From the IMG/VR virus record IMGVR_UViG_3300007516_000014, positions 5,987 through 69,986 of that record: DNA of 64,000 nucleotides. One strand, 5' to 3'. The first letter of the stretch is position 1, and each line of letters opens with the position of its first letter. The notes beneath the pieces are model-generated. The model worked only from the letters and a program-made list of their open reading frames with translations. It did not search any database and was not told the origin of the DNA. Positions 37,315-47,645 of the stretch are shown here, in pieces. Both the position numbers and the translations under genes were made by a program. Source of the stretch: a virus.

Positions 37315-38045
37315 TGCTTGTCAGTCCCGCCGTCGAAGCCGAGATCATCGCGCACGCCAGGGAAGAAGCGCCAAAGGAGGCGTGTGGCCTTGTGATTGCC
37401 AGCGCTTACGTGCGCTGCATCAACGTGGCGGAAGACCCGCTGACCGAGTTCCGGATCGACGACCACGTCATGGCGGCAGCCTACGCCAGTGGCCAGCTCG
37501 TAGCGGTGATCCATTCCCATCCGGACGGCCCGAACTCTCCGACCAAGGTCGACATGCAGCAGCAGCAGATTGGCGAGGTGCCTTGGGGCATCTGCTACAT
37601 CAACGATGAACGAGGCCACCGCCCCGAGCTGTTCTTCTGGGGCGATAACCTGCCCATCGCGCCGTACGAAGGCCGCGTATTCCGGCATGGCATTGCCGAC
37701 TGCTTCGCTCTGGTTCGTGACTGGAAGCGCAAGGAGGAGGGCCTGATCCTGCCCTTCACGCCGCGCGACGACGAGTGGTGGTCCAAGGGCCAGAACGTGG
37801 TCGAAGAGGGCATTCTGGCCATGCCGTGCGAGGTCGTGGATGACGCGCCGCGCATTGGCGACGTGCTGATCGCCAAGATCGGTTCGCAGGTGGTCAATCA
37901 CACCGGGGTCTACGTCGGCAACGGCCTGGTGTTGCACCATCTGAGTTACCGCCTGTCCAGGATCGACGTCCTTGGCCCCTGGTCCAGGTTCGTCATCAAG
38001 CGGGTACGGACGTTTCCCGTGCAATCAGTTGCACAGGTGGCCTGA
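37311..38045 (+). CDS. Tail assembly protein K-like (JAB + NlpC/P60)
   Basis: PKEACG, HSHP...D, DCFALVRDW, NHTGVYVG...LHH. Confidence 0.92.
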   Translation: MMLVSPAVEAEIIAHAREEAPKEACGLVIASAYVRCINVAEDPLTEFRIDDHVMAAAYASGQLVAVIHSHPDGPNSPTKVDMQQQQIGEVPWGICYINDERGHRPELFFWGDNLPIAPYEGRVFRHGIADCFALVRDWKRKEEGLILPFTPRDDEWWSKGQNVVEEGILAMPCEVVDDAPRIGDVLIAKIGSQVVNHTGVYVGNGLVLHHLSYRLSRIDVLGPWSRFVIKRVRTFPVQSVAQVA

Positions 38046-38827
38046 TGCTCCGCACCGTATATCTCCACGGCGATCTAGGCCGGAAGTTCGGCTGGAAGCA
38101 TCGGTTCGATGTCGAGACGCTGCCCGAAGCCGTGTTCGCCTTGTCGGCAAATTACCCGAAGTTCAAGCCGTACTTCATGCGCGGCCCAGGCTACAGCTTC
38201 GTCAAGGGTACAACTCGCCGCGAAGGTCAGTATCTGGATCTTGCCGAACTGACCATGCGGCTGGGACAGAACGACATCCACATCATTCCGGCCGCCTACG
38301 GTAACGGTGGTGGTGATAGCGGCAAGTCTATCGGTAAGATCATCCTCGGCGTTGTGATGATCGCGGGTGCCTTCCTCACCGCCGGAGCCTCGCTGGCGGC
38401 TTCCAGCGCCTTGCTGGCCGCTGACATCGGTGTTGGTGTGGCTGGTCTGGGTGCCTCGGCTGCGGCAGCGACCGGAATGGGAGCCGCTGCGTTCTCACTT
38501 CCGTTAATCGGCGCGATCTCCTACGGGCAGATCGCCGCGACTGGCTTCATGATGGCCCTGGGCGGTGTGTCGAGCTTGCTGAGCGCTACGCCGCAGGCTT
38601 CGGGTAGCAACTACTCGCAGATGGAACGCCCGGAAGCCCGCGCTTCGTTTATCTATGCCGGTCCGGCCAATACAACGGAGCAGGGCGGCCCGGTGCCTGT
38701 TCTATACGGGCAAATGCGTGTGGGCTCGCTGCTGGTCAGCGGTTCGGTAACGTCTGAAGATATTACCGAAGTGGCCACTTCGGGCGCTACGGCCGGCGTG
38801 ACGTCGGAGGTGAGCAATGGTTACTAA
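38045..38827 (+). CDS. Tail assembly protein I-like
   Basis: VYLHGDLGRKFG, IHIIP, NTTEQGGPVPVLYG...VGS. Confidence 0.9.
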   Translation: MLRTVYLHGDLGRKFGWKHRFDVETLPEAVFALSANYPKFKPYFMRGPGYSFVKGTTRREGQYLDLAELTMRLGQNDIHIIPAAYGNGGGDSGKSIGKIILGVVMIAGAFLTAGASLAASSALLAADIGVGVAGLGASAAAATGMGAAAFSLPLIGAISYGQIAATGFMMALGGVSSLLSATPQASGSNYSQMERPEARASFIYAGPANTTEQGGPVPVLYGQMRVGSLLVSGSVTSEDITEVATSGATAGVTSEVSNGY

Positions 38828-41800
38828 GACAGTTTACCGGCCCATCTTCGGCAGAGGCGGCGGCGGCAAGCAACCGGAACCGTCTGCTGGCCGTGGAGGG
38901 CAAGCGCCCGTCGAAGACGCCAACACGCTTCAGTCACGCTCGATGGCGCGGTTCCTGGACTTGTGGTGCGAAGGCCCCATCGAGGGCTTGGTGGACGCCG
39001 ACAAGTCGATCTATTTCGACGATACGCCGCTGTTGAACAGCGACGGGTCGTACAATTACCAGGGTGTGTCTTGGAGTAAGCGCCTCGGCCTGCCGTATCC
39101 GAGCCAAACCTATATGCCTGGCTTTCCGTCCTCGGAGAACGTCGTCTCCTTGGGCGGTAGCGGTGTAAAGGTCACTGTTGTCAGTGGCGGCATCGTTAGG
39201 ACGGTCACCAATCCTGAAGCCAATGCCGTCATCATCAAGCTGGCGGTGCCCTCGCTCACCCAGCAAGACACACAGAACGGCAACCTGCACGGTGCGACAG
39301 TGGACTTTACTGTTTACGTCGCGACTGACGGCGGGGCCTACGTCGATGTGATTACCAGTTCGTTCTCAGGTAAGTGCACGTCGTCTTATCAGCGCGACTA
39401 CCGCATCAAGCTGCCTACCAGTGCGACCAGCAACTGGCAGATCAAGGTCGTCCGTGAGACCGCCGACAACGTCGATCTGAGCATCCACAACGATCTCTAT
39501 TGGTACTCATACACGGAAGTCGTCGACAGCAAGTTCTCGCATCCGAACAGCACGTACATCGGTATGCAGATCGACACGTCGCAGTTCAGCGGCGGCTCGC
39601 CCACACGCTCGTACGAGCTGAAGGGCATGCAAATCCGCATCCCGAGCAATTACGACCCGGTGACCCGAAACTACACCAGCGCTTGGGATGGTTCGTTTAC
39701 GACCGCCTACAGCAATAACCCGGCCTGGTGCTACTACGATATGCTGACGAGCACGCGCTACGGCCTGGGCCTGCCCGAAAGTGCGGTTAACCCATGGAAG
39801 TGGGATCTGTACACCATCGGGCAGTATTGCGACGGTGTGGATGCGGACGGCTTCTTTGTCGGCGTGCCCGATGGCCTCGGCGGCGGCGGTATGGAACCTC
39901 GCTACCAGTGCAACATGCTGCTCAATTCACGTCAGGAAGCCTACGCCGTCATCAACACGATGTCGGCCATCTTCCGGGGTATGTCGTTCTGGAGTTCTGG
40001 TGCTATCCGCGCGACTGCGGACATGCCCAAGTCGCCGACGAAGCTGTTCACGAACAGCAATGTCATCACTGGCGAGTTCAAGTATGAGGGTTCGGCGCTC
40101 AAGGCCCGCCACACCGTCTGCAAGGTCATCTGGAACGATCCTAACGACGGCTACCGCCCTTCGGTCGAGTACGTGGACGACCAGGAGAGCATCAACCGTT
40201 ATGGTGTCAGGCAGACCGACGTGGTGGCCTACGGTGCCACGTCACGTAGCCAGGCTATACGCGCCGGCAAGTGGCTGCTTGACACCGAAAAGACCCAGAC
40301 CGAGACGGTGCATTTCCGTAGCGGTCTGGAGCTGGCCGACGTATTCCCTGGAGATGTCGTCAATATCGCGGACGAGAACTACGCTCAGGCGGGCTTTAGC
40401 GGACGCGCAACCTCGGCCACGCTCACGAGTATTGTCACCGATAATCCGTTCACCGTCCTCGCGGCGACAACTTACACGCTCAACATCATGATCCCGACTG
40501 GCACGCTGGAGACACGCGTGCTGACCAATGCCGAAGGTGTGACCAGCCAGCTTACATGGGCGGAAGATCTGCCGGATGTACCGCTCAGCGGTGCCGTTTA
40601 CATCATATCATCGGCTACGGTGGTGCCCCGCCAATTTGTCATCCTGTCGAACATCGAGATTAACCCCGCTACGTTCGAGGCCATGGCCTTGTTCTACGAT
40701 CCGGCCAAGTTCGACCGCGTCGAGCAGGGGATCACGGTCCCGGCTCCGCCCTACAACGCGACTCCGACTGGGATTATCTCGGCACCCAGCTCCATGACGG
40801 CCGATCCGCGTCTGTATATCAGTGGTTCGTCCATTCGTGCGGCGGCGATCATTTCTTGGGAGCCCGCTGCTGACGCTCGCGTGTATATGTACCAGATACA
40901 GGCGAAGAATTCGGACGACTCTCAGTACAACGACGTCGGCGAGACGTCCCTGACCAGCATCGAGTACCGCGACAATATCGAAGGCTTGCACAGTTTCCGG
41001 GTGCGCTCCAAGGCATTGACCGGCAAGTACAGCGGCTGGCTGGAGCTTGTCGATGTGGATATGACCACAGCGGTGGCCCCGTCTGACATATCGGGGCTCA
41101 TCGAGGTGTATGATCCGCAGGGCCTGGCGTTCAAGTGGACGCCCAACACGGACTTGAACCTGGATCACTACGAAGTGCGCCAGGGTGCTTCGTGGAACGC
41201 CGGGACGATGGTGTCAGAGGCGAACGAGAGCAGCTACTACCAGAAGAATGCCATCGCAGGTGTCCAGATTTACTGGGTAGCGGCGGTGTCGGCCCCACAA
41301 GGCATTTACAGCGTCACGCCTACCTCCATCGCGCTGACTGTCACGGCTGCCCCAGCCCCGTCCCCAGCGGCGGCATTCGCAGGCACAGACTACGCCCTGA
41401 CGTGGACCGCCGTGAACGGCAGCTTCGCGACAGATCACTACGAAATCCGCTATGGGGCTTCGTGGGCGGCCGGCACGGTTATTGGCACGACGAAGTCCAC
41501 GATCTGGCAGGCTCCAGTGAATTGGGGTGGCCTTCGCACGTTCTATGTCGCCGCGATTGACGGGGCAGGCAACGTAGGTGATGCGGGTGAGGTCGGATTG
41601 TTTGTCGTCAGTCCCGCCGTCGCCACGGGTTTGACGGCCCAGGTGATCGACAACAACGTGCTGCTGAGATGGACAGCGCCGGCGGCTGGCAGCGTGCCTA
41701 TCGACCACTTTCTGGTCAAGAAGGGTGCCACATACGGCTCCGCTGTGTCGATTGGCGAGAAGGCCGGTACGTTCACTTTTGTCTTCGAGATGCTTGCAGG

Positions 41801-43043
41801 TACGTACGTCTACTGGGTCGTAGCGGTGGACTCGGCTGGAAACGAAGGTACGCCGACGAGTGTGGTCGCCATCGTGGCCCAGCCGCCGGACTACCTGCTT
41901 AATCAGTCGTGGACCAGCAGCTTTGGCGTGACCATGACGGGAGATAAGCTGACACGCACGGGAGCGGGCTCCAGCTGGGCCGGCTTCTTGACACCTGTTG
42001 CCTCACCCGTTGGCCGCACGTTCAAGTGGGGTATCTGGATGAAGTCCGGCACGGAAACCGGCAATGTAACCCTGCGTCTTCGCAACGGCGCTGGTACGGA
42101 GTATGCGGCGACCTCGTTCGCCCTGACCGGTTCATGGGCGTACTACTCGGTGAGTGGCACGATCCTGGCAGGCACCGACCTGCTCACCTATGTCGATCCG
42201 GACAACAACGCGGGTACGATAGGCGCGACAATCTTCGTTGCGGCTCCGGAGATTACCGAAGGCGGCGGCGCTAACATGCTGATCGCAGCCAATAACTTCG
42301 CTGACGTCACGTACGGCATCCTCGCGCTGCTGACCTACGCGGCTGATGCGGTGGCTGGTCCGTTTGATGCTGTGCTGACCAACCTCACCGTCTCAGGTGG
42401 TGTTATGTCTGGTCCGGCCAACGCGACGGAGACGTGGCAGGCCCACTTCACGAGTAATGGTTGGTCCACGCCCCAGGATCAGATCACGGCCGGGTACCCG
42501 ATTTATCTGGAGCCCTCGCCCGCGACCGCTTCGTACGTGGAGATTTTTGACTACGGCATCAACCTGGACCAGACGCTGATCAGCGTCACCATGACGAAGA
42601 CCGACGTGGCCGGTACCGTGGGCAGCACGATCACGACCTACACGAGCAGCAACGGTAGCACGTGGAGCCTCCTCGGTACCGGCACGTCCCAGTTCGCTGC
42701 CAACTTTCGGTTCCTGAAGGTCACTGTGGATCTGACCAGCTCGGGTGGAGACGACATATGCAATATATCGTCGCTCAATGTTCTGCTATCTTCGAAGCTG
42801 CGTGCCGACAGCGGAACTTGTGCGGCAGTTGCGGGTGATGTGGGAGGGACGACGGCGACCTTCTCGATCCCGTTCATCTCAGTCTCGTCCATCACGCTTA
42901 CCCCGGCTGGCACTACGTCGTCGCAGGCCGTCTATGACTTCGCGGGCGGGGCTAATCCGACCACGTTCAAAGTTCTTCTGTTCGACAGCGCGGGAGACCG
43001 CAAGACCGGTACCGTAAGCTGGTCTGCTCGCGGCTTCTCGTAA
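38817..43043 (+). CDS. Tail tip/host specificity protein J-like
   Basis: EGPIEGL, IRIPSNYDP, NNPAWCYYD..RYGLG, EPRYQCN; several FN3-like repeats. Confidence 0.93.
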   Translation: MVTKTVYRPIFGRGGGGKQPEPSAGRGGQAPVEDANTLQSRSMARFLDLWCEGPIEGLVDADKSIYFDDTPLLNSDGSYNYQGVSWSKRLGLPYPSQTYMPGFPSSENVVSLGGSGVKVTVVSGGIVRTVTNPEANAVIIKLAVPSLTQQDTQNGNLHGATVDFTVYVATDGGAYVDVITSSFSGKCTSSYQRDYRIKLPTSATSNWQIKVVRETADNVDLSIHNDLYWYSYTEVVDSKFSHPNSTYIGMQIDTSQFSGGSPTRSYELKGMQIRIPSNYDPVTRNYTSAWDGSFTTAYSNNPAWCYYDMLTSTRYGLGLPESAVNPWKWDLYTIGQYCDGVDADGFFVGVPDGLGGGGMEPRYQCNMLLNSRQEAYAVINTMSAIFRGMSFWSSGAIRATADMPKSPTKLFTNSNVITGEFKYEGSALKARHTVCKVIWNDPNDGYRPSVEYVDDQESINRYGVRQTDVVAYGATSRSQAIRAGKWLLDTEKTQTETVHFRSGLELADVFPGDVVNIADENYAQAGFSGRATSATLTSIVTDNPFTVLAATTYTLNIMIPTGTLETRVLTNAEGVTSQLTWAEDLPDVPLSGAVYIISSATVVPRQFVILSNIEINPATFEAMALFYDPAKFDRVEQGITVPAPPYNATPTGIISAPSSMTADPRLYISGSSIRAAAIISWEPAADARVYMYQIQAKNSDDSQYNDVGETSLTSIEYRDNIEGLHSFRVRSKALTGKYSGWLELVDVDMTTAVAPSDISGLIEVYDPQGLAFKWTPNTDLNLDHYEVRQGASWNAGTMVSEANESSYYQKNAIAGVQIYWVAAVSAPQGIYSVTPTSIALTVTAAPAPSPAAAFAGTDYALTWTAVNGSFATDHYEIRYGASWAAGTVIGTTKSTIWQAPVNWGGLRTFYVAAIDGAGNVGDAGEVGLFVVSPAVATGLTAQVIDNNVLLRWTAPAAGSVPIDHFLVKKGATYGSAVSIGEKAGTFTFVFEMLAGTYVYWVVAVDSAGNEGTPTSVVAIVAQPPDYLLNQSWTSSFGVTMTGDKLTRTGAGSSWAGFLTPVASPVGRTFKWGIWMKSGTETGNVTLRLRNGAGTEYAATSFALTGSWAYYSVSGTILAGTDLLTYVDPDNNAGTIGATIFVAAPEITEGGGANMLIAANNFADVTYGILALLTYAADAVAGPFDAVLTNLTVSGGVMSGPANATETWQAHFTSNGWSTPQDQITAGYPIYLEPSPATASYVEIFDYGINLDQTLISVTMTKTDVAGTVGSTITTYTSSNGSTWSLLGTGTSQFAANFRFLKVTVDLTSSGGDDICNISSLNVLLSSKLRADSGTCAAVAGDVGGTTATFSIPFISVSSITLTPAGTTSSQAVYDFAGGANPTTFKVLLFDSAGDRKTGTVSWSARGFS

Positions 43044-43074
43044 TTCTCAAAGTGCCCAAGGAGGGGCATCGACC

Positions 43075-43767
43075 ATGGCTGATTGGAACACCCCGACCGT
43101 TACCTCGACGTATGCAAACGTCATCTCGTATCTGAATGATCGTGATCTCGACGCCACGACGATGCACGGTGCTGGCACGGCGACGAATATCCCGACCGGT
43201 GCCATGAAGTGGAACACGTCAACCAACCTGCTCGCACGCTACAGCGGCGGTTCGTTCGGTACGGTGCTCCTGTCGCAGGCAGGCGGTGGGACCGGCTATG
43301 CCACGCTCAATGCCGCGCTCGATGGTGTGTTCGGTTCGACACGCGGCCAGTTTCTGCTGCGCGGCGCTGCGGTGTGGGCGGTCTACGCACTGGGCACATC
43401 AGAGTACGTACTGAAGTCGAACGGTACCGATCTGGTCTACGGCCAGGTCAACTTGGCCGGAGTTGGTGTCACAGGAACTTTGCCAGTCACTCTGGGTGGC
43501 ACAGGCGGCGCAACTCAGGCCACTGCGCGCACGGGCTTGGGCCTGGGTGGCCTGGCCATCCTGAACGCCGTCACGTCCGCCGAAATCGGGACCAACGCCG
43601 TGGTGACGGCTGGTATCTCAAACGACGCGGTGACCACGGCGAAGATTTTGGACGCCAACGTGACCGACGCCAAACTGGCGTCAGGCATCAACGGAAAGGG
43701 CGTTCGCACGGTATCGGCGTCCGCACCCAGCGGCGGGGCTAACGGCGACATCTGGTACCAGGTGTAG
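43075..43767 (+). CDS. Tail fibre-like protein
   Basis: GGTG repeats, AVTTAKI..NVT.AKL, APSGG..GDIWYQ. Confidence 0.7.
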   Translation: MADWNTPTVTSTYANVISYLNDRDLDATTMHGAGTATNIPTGAMKWNTSTNLLARYSGGSFGTVLLSQAGGGTGYATLNAALDGVFGSTRGQFLLRGAAVWAVYALGTSEYVLKSNGTDLVYGQVNLAGVGVTGTLPVTLGGTGGATQATARTGLGLGGLAILNAVTSAEIGTNAVVTAGISNDAVTTAKILDANVTDAKLASGINGKGVRTVSASAPSGGANGDIWYQV

Positions 43768-43770
43768 GTC

Positions 43771-44667
43771 ATGCCCACGACCCTCACATTCGTTAAAGAC
43801 GCTGGCGTCTGGAAGCAGACCGCGACACTCTCCGTCAAGGATGCCGGCACATGGAAGACCGTGCAGTCGACATGGGTGAAGGATGCTGGTGTTTGGAAGC
43901 AGGTTTACCAGTACGCTTACAGGTACACTGCGAACATCGGTGGCGCTAACGTCAACGTCAACACGCTGGCCCTGGCCGCCGGGTGGAATGGCATCGTTCC
44001 GCTGATTGCCACGCTGACGGTGACTTCGAACATCACATCTAGCAGCACCGCGACGCCCGCCTTCACGTCCGATACGCTTCCGGCGCTATCAACTATTGCC
44101 CTATCCGTTGGCAGTGGTTTGTATATCGCCGGCAAGGGCGGCGCTGGTGGTTCAAGCGCAGGTAGCGGTTACGTGGGTGGCACAGGTCTGTATACCCGCA
44201 CGGCAATCAGGATCACGAACGCCGGCACCATCGGTGGTGGTGGTGGTGGCGGCGGCAGCGGACAAAACGTCGAAGTCCCGGGCTCCCATGGTGGTGGTGG
44301 TGGTGGTGGTGCTGGCTCCGGAGCGGGGGGTGCGCCTTACAGCTATGACCACGGCGCTACTAACGGCGTTGCTGGCACGATCAGTGCCGGCGGAGCTGGT
44401 GGTGCTGGTGGTTATGCGATTGAAGAGTATCCATACCTGTCGTACCAGTTCATCGAGGCGTATTCTGGCGGTGGCGGGGCCGGTGGTGGTTTGGGTGCTG
44501 CCGGCACGGCGGGCAGCGCGTGGGTGCCTGTGTCCGACCCCGACCTAGGTGGTATGGGTACGGGTACAGGCCCCGGCGGCGGCGGTGCGGCAGGCTGGGC
44601 GGTCGATGGCGAGTCATATGTGACGTGGGCCGCGTCAGGCACGCGCCTTGGCACACGAGGCAATTAA
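43771..44667 (+). CDS. Gly-rich tail fibre/receptor-binding protein
   Basis: Three VKDAGxWK repeats followed by poly-Gly segments. Confidence 0.7.
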   Translation: MPTTLTFVKDAGVWKQTATLSVKDAGTWKTVQSTWVKDAGVWKQVYQYAYRYTANIGGANVNVNTLALAAGWNGIVPLIATLTVTSNITSSSTATPAFTSDTLPALSTIALSVGSGLYIAGKGGAGGSSAGSGYVGGTGLYTRTAIRITNAGTIGGGGGGGGSGQNVEVPGSHGGGGGGGAGSGAGGAPYSYDHGATNGVAGTISAGGAGGAGGYAIEEYPYLSYQFIEAYSGGGGAGGGLGAAGTAGSAWVPVSDPDLGGMGTGTGPGGGGAAGWAVDGESYVTWAASGTRLGTRGN

Positions 44668-44790
44668 TCGTGCAATCAGTTGTACAGTTCTTCCGCTGGT
44701 AGCAGCACCGAACAACCAGCGGTGGGCGGGCGTAGTATAATCCCGACAATCCGATACTCAGGTGACTAGGTCCATTTGAACCGAGGTCAC

Positions 44791-46080
44791 ATGCCCAGTC
44801 CTGCGATCCCCGCCGCGACCGTTAAGAAGTATGTGACGGTCGTCGAGAAATGCCTGGCGGAGGGTTACGGCTCACCAGGCCTCAAGTCGCCGTTAGGTTC
44901 AGCTGTTGTTGAGGCAGCAAAACGGCTGGGTGTCACCGAGAGCAAGCTAAAGCACCAGCTCAGGACCAGCAAGCCCAACTGGAAACTGTTCAAGCCCGCT
45001 ACGATAGTCGTAGGCGGGGCATCGGCCGACAAGACCAAGATCGAGAACAAGGAGCTGCACAAGGCTCTGAAGAAAAAGGCCGCCGAGCACCAGGCTTCGG
45101 AGACCGCGCTTGCAGCCTTGATGGGTCTGAAAGACCGGCTGCCGAGCGAGCCCAGCTGGACGCTGCCGCCGCGCAAGGCCAGCGCCCAAGAGTCGATGGT
45201 GCCCACGACGATCTGGTCCGATTGGCAGATCGGCGAAGTCATCCATCCCGAGGAGGTCGGAGGCCTGAATTCGTTCGACCAGGAAATCGCCTTGGCTCGC
45301 GTCAAGCTCCTGGTCGAGAACACGCTCAAGCTCTGCTTCGACTACATGACCCACCCCACGTATCCCGGCCTCTGCCTGATGCTTGGCGGTGACATGATCT
45401 CCGGACAGCTTCACCCGGAACTCGCGGAGACGGATTGGGGTACGGCCCTCGATCAGATGCACTGGTGCTACGACAACATCGGCACCGCCATCACCGAGCT
45501 GCGCAAGCATTTCCCGAAAATCCTGATCCCCTGTGTGTTCGGCAATCACGGTCGCAACACGCACAAGCCGCACTTCAAGAATGCGGCGGGGCACAATCAC
45601 GAGCACACGCTCTACAAGTTCCTGGCGGAGAAGTTCGCCGGAGACCCGAACATCCGCTTCCTGCGCTCGCGGGATGTGGATTGTTACTTCCGTCTGTACG
45701 GGCATCGTTACCGGCTGACCCACGGTGACAATCTCGGAACGGCTGGTGGTGATGGTATCATCGGCATCTATGGTAAGGTGAAGCGCGGCGACGTTAAAAT
45801 TCGCAACGCAGAAGCCCCCATGGGGCGGGACCATGACACGCTTGTCATCGGTCACTTCCACCAGTGCTTCATCACGCCGCCCATGGTCGTGAACGGTTCG
45901 CTTCCCGGCTACAGCGAGTACGCCAAGCTGAAGCTACGTGTCACGCCCGAGCCGCCAGCCCAGGCGATGTGGTTCACGCATCCCGAACTTGGCCTGGTGT
46001 TCCCGAACCGCGTGTTCGTCGACAAGCCGCTACTGCACCGCGCCCCGATTGACTGGGCGAGTTGGCCGGAGGTCGCGTGA
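44791..46080 (+). CDS. Calcineurin-like metallophosphoesterase with N-terminal HTH/coiled coil
   Basis: SDWQIG, GGDMISG, GNHGR, THGD, GHFH. Confidence 0.85.
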   Translation: MPSPAIPAATVKKYVTVVEKCLAEGYGSPGLKSPLGSAVVEAAKRLGVTESKLKHQLRTSKPNWKLFKPATIVVGGASADKTKIENKELHKALKKKAAEHQASETALAALMGLKDRLPSEPSWTLPPRKASAQESMVPTTIWSDWQIGEVIHPEEVGGLNSFDQEIALARVKLLVENTLKLCFDYMTHPTYPGLCLMLGGDMISGQLHPELAETDWGTALDQMHWCYDNIGTAITELRKHFPKILIPCVFGNHGRNTHKPHFKNAAGHNHEHTLYKFLAEKFAGDPNIRFLRSRDVDCYFRLYGHRYRLTHGDNLGTAGGDGIIGIYGKVKRGDVKIRNAEAPMGRDHDTLVIGHFHQCFITPPMVVNGSLPGYSEYAKLKLRVTPEPPAQAMWFTHPELGLVFPNRVFVDKPLLHRAPIDWASWPEVA

Positions 46081-46535
46081 GCAAGCCATCGCCCTATCGC
46101 ATCTATCAGGTCGATCCGTCGCACACGGATGTCCAGACGCAGTTGGCGTTTATGCACCTGACGTGCTTCCCCGACGTCGAGCAGGTGACACAGGTGGGCG
46201 ACTGGTGGTTCGCGTACGCGATTGGCACCACGGAGCCGGTAGCGTTCGCCGGGTTATGGAAGTCGCAGCGCGAGGAGAGTGCCGGTTATCTGGCTCGTGC
46301 CGGCGTCATGCCGAGCGCACGAGGCCACGGCCTACAGAAGCGATTGATCAAATCGCGCGAGGTCGCCGCCAGGAAGAAGGGGTGGCATCTGCTGTTCTCC
46401 GACACGTTCCCCGGCAACGCCCACAGTCTCAACAATCTGTTCGCGGCGGGTTTCCGCTGCTTCGTCCCGAAGACGCCATGGAGCGGTGACGAATGGATCT
46501 ACATGAAGAAGATCATCAGCGACGGTGTCGGCTGA
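46077..46535 (+). CDS. GNAT acetyltransferase
   Basis: GVMPSARGHGLQKRLI acetyl-CoA motif; N..S...L...GF. Confidence 0.85.
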   Translation: MSKPSPYRIYQVDPSHTDVQTQLAFMHLTCFPDVEQVTQVGDWWFAYAIGTTEPVAFAGLWKSQREESAGYLARAGVMPSARGHGLQKRLIKSREVAARKKGWHLLFSDTFPGNAHSLNNLFAAGFRCFVPKTPWSGDEWIYMKKIISDGVG

Positions 46536-46656
46536 TTTCGTGCAATCAGTTGCACGACGAAATCCTGGTCGCAGACTCATTTACACCTAGCCTTAGACTC
46601 AAAGTATTGTATCTTCGGTTGTGCAATCAGTTGCACAGCACACCAAGGAGGGTGGC

Positions 46657-47010
46657 ATGAAGGTCTATCTAGCAGGTCCGATGCGGGGCATTGCCCAGTT
46701 CAACGCCCCGGCATTTCACGAAGCGGCGGCACGCCTTCGGGCAGAAGGGCACGAAGTCTTCAGCCCTGCGGAGCAAGGTATCAAATTGTTCGGAGAAGAA
46801 GTGCGGGATAGCGCGGGCGGAGATGAAGGCAAGATGGCTGGCGATGAGATGACCATCGCCCGTACGGTGTTCCATGTCGACCTCGCCTACATATGCCTGC
46901 AAGCCGAAACGGTGGTCCTGCTGCCAGGGTGGGAGCGTAGTAGGGGCGCTAAGGCAGAGCGAGCGGTAGCTTACGCGCTGGGCCTCGAAGTTCGTGAGTA
47001 CGTGGCATGA
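46657..47010 (+). CDS. DUF4406/nucleoside deoxyribosyltransferase-like protein
   Basis: VYLAGPMRG, FN..AF, SPAE, LPGWERSRGA.AE. Confidence 0.85.
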   Translation: MKVYLAGPMRGIAQFNAPAFHEAAARLRAEGHEVFSPAEQGIKLFGEEVRDSAGGDEGKMAGDEMTIARTVFHVDLAYICLQAETVVLLPGWERSRGAKAERAVAYALGLEVREYVA

Positions 47011-47588
47011 GCCTCGTAATCGCCCTGTGTGGCACTATCGGGTCAGGCAAGACCACAGTCGCCGACCATCTCGTCCTTCGCCATGGCTTCCAGCGCGTGA
47101 AGTTCGCTGACGGTCTGAAGAACATGCTCGCGGCGTTCCTGCGGATGCAGGGCTGTACCGACGAGTACATCAAGCGGTGCATCGAGGGAGATCTCAAGAC
47201 CAAGCCGATCCCCGAGCTGGGCGGACGCACACCACGGCACGCCATGGTGACTCTCGGCACCGAATGGGGCCGTAACTGCATGAACACGGATCTGTGGGTG
47301 ATAGCCTGGCGCGGTGCCACTCAGGGGGTTCTGGCCAATCGCACGCCCGTGGTGGTCGACGACTGCCGGTTCCTGAACGAGTACGACGCGATCCGCAGCA
47401 TGAACGGCCTGGTGTGGCGAGTAGCTCGCGAAGGCGGTGAAAAAAGCAATCACGTCAGCGAGACCGAGCAGTTGCTATTTGACGTCGATGCCAACAAGCT
47501 GAACAACGCCTCGATCAATCAGCTACTGCTGTGGGTCGACCAGCAGCTCCGGGCGTACCAGAAGAAGGTCTACGCTGCGGCGGTGTAA
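47007..47588 (+). CDS. Deoxynucleoside monophosphate kinase
   Basis: GTIGSGKTT, FADGLK, TPR...LGTEWGR, DDCRFLNE, HVSE. Confidence 0.9.
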   Translation: MSLVIALCGTIGSGKTTVADHLVLRHGFQRVKFADGLKNMLAAFLRMQGCTDEYIKRCIEGDLKTKPIPELGGRTPRHAMVTLGTEWGRNCMNTDLWVIAWRGATQGVLANRTPVVVDDCRFLNEYDAIRSMNGLVWRVAREGGEKSNHVSETEQLLFDVDANKLNNASINQLLLWVDQQLRAYQKKVYAAAV

Positions 47589-47645
47589 TTCCTATTGCCC
47601 CAGGTACGGACATGACTATGCTCTCCGAACTGCCAAGGAGGGCAC

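Noticed and set aside
44232-44312. GGT trinucleotide runs
   Set aside because: They encode poly-Gly of the fibre protein; not an independent repeat element.
34457-44667. Diversity-generating retroelement or invertible tail-fibre cassette
   Set aside because: No reverse transcriptase, invertase or near-identical template/variable repeat pair was seen.
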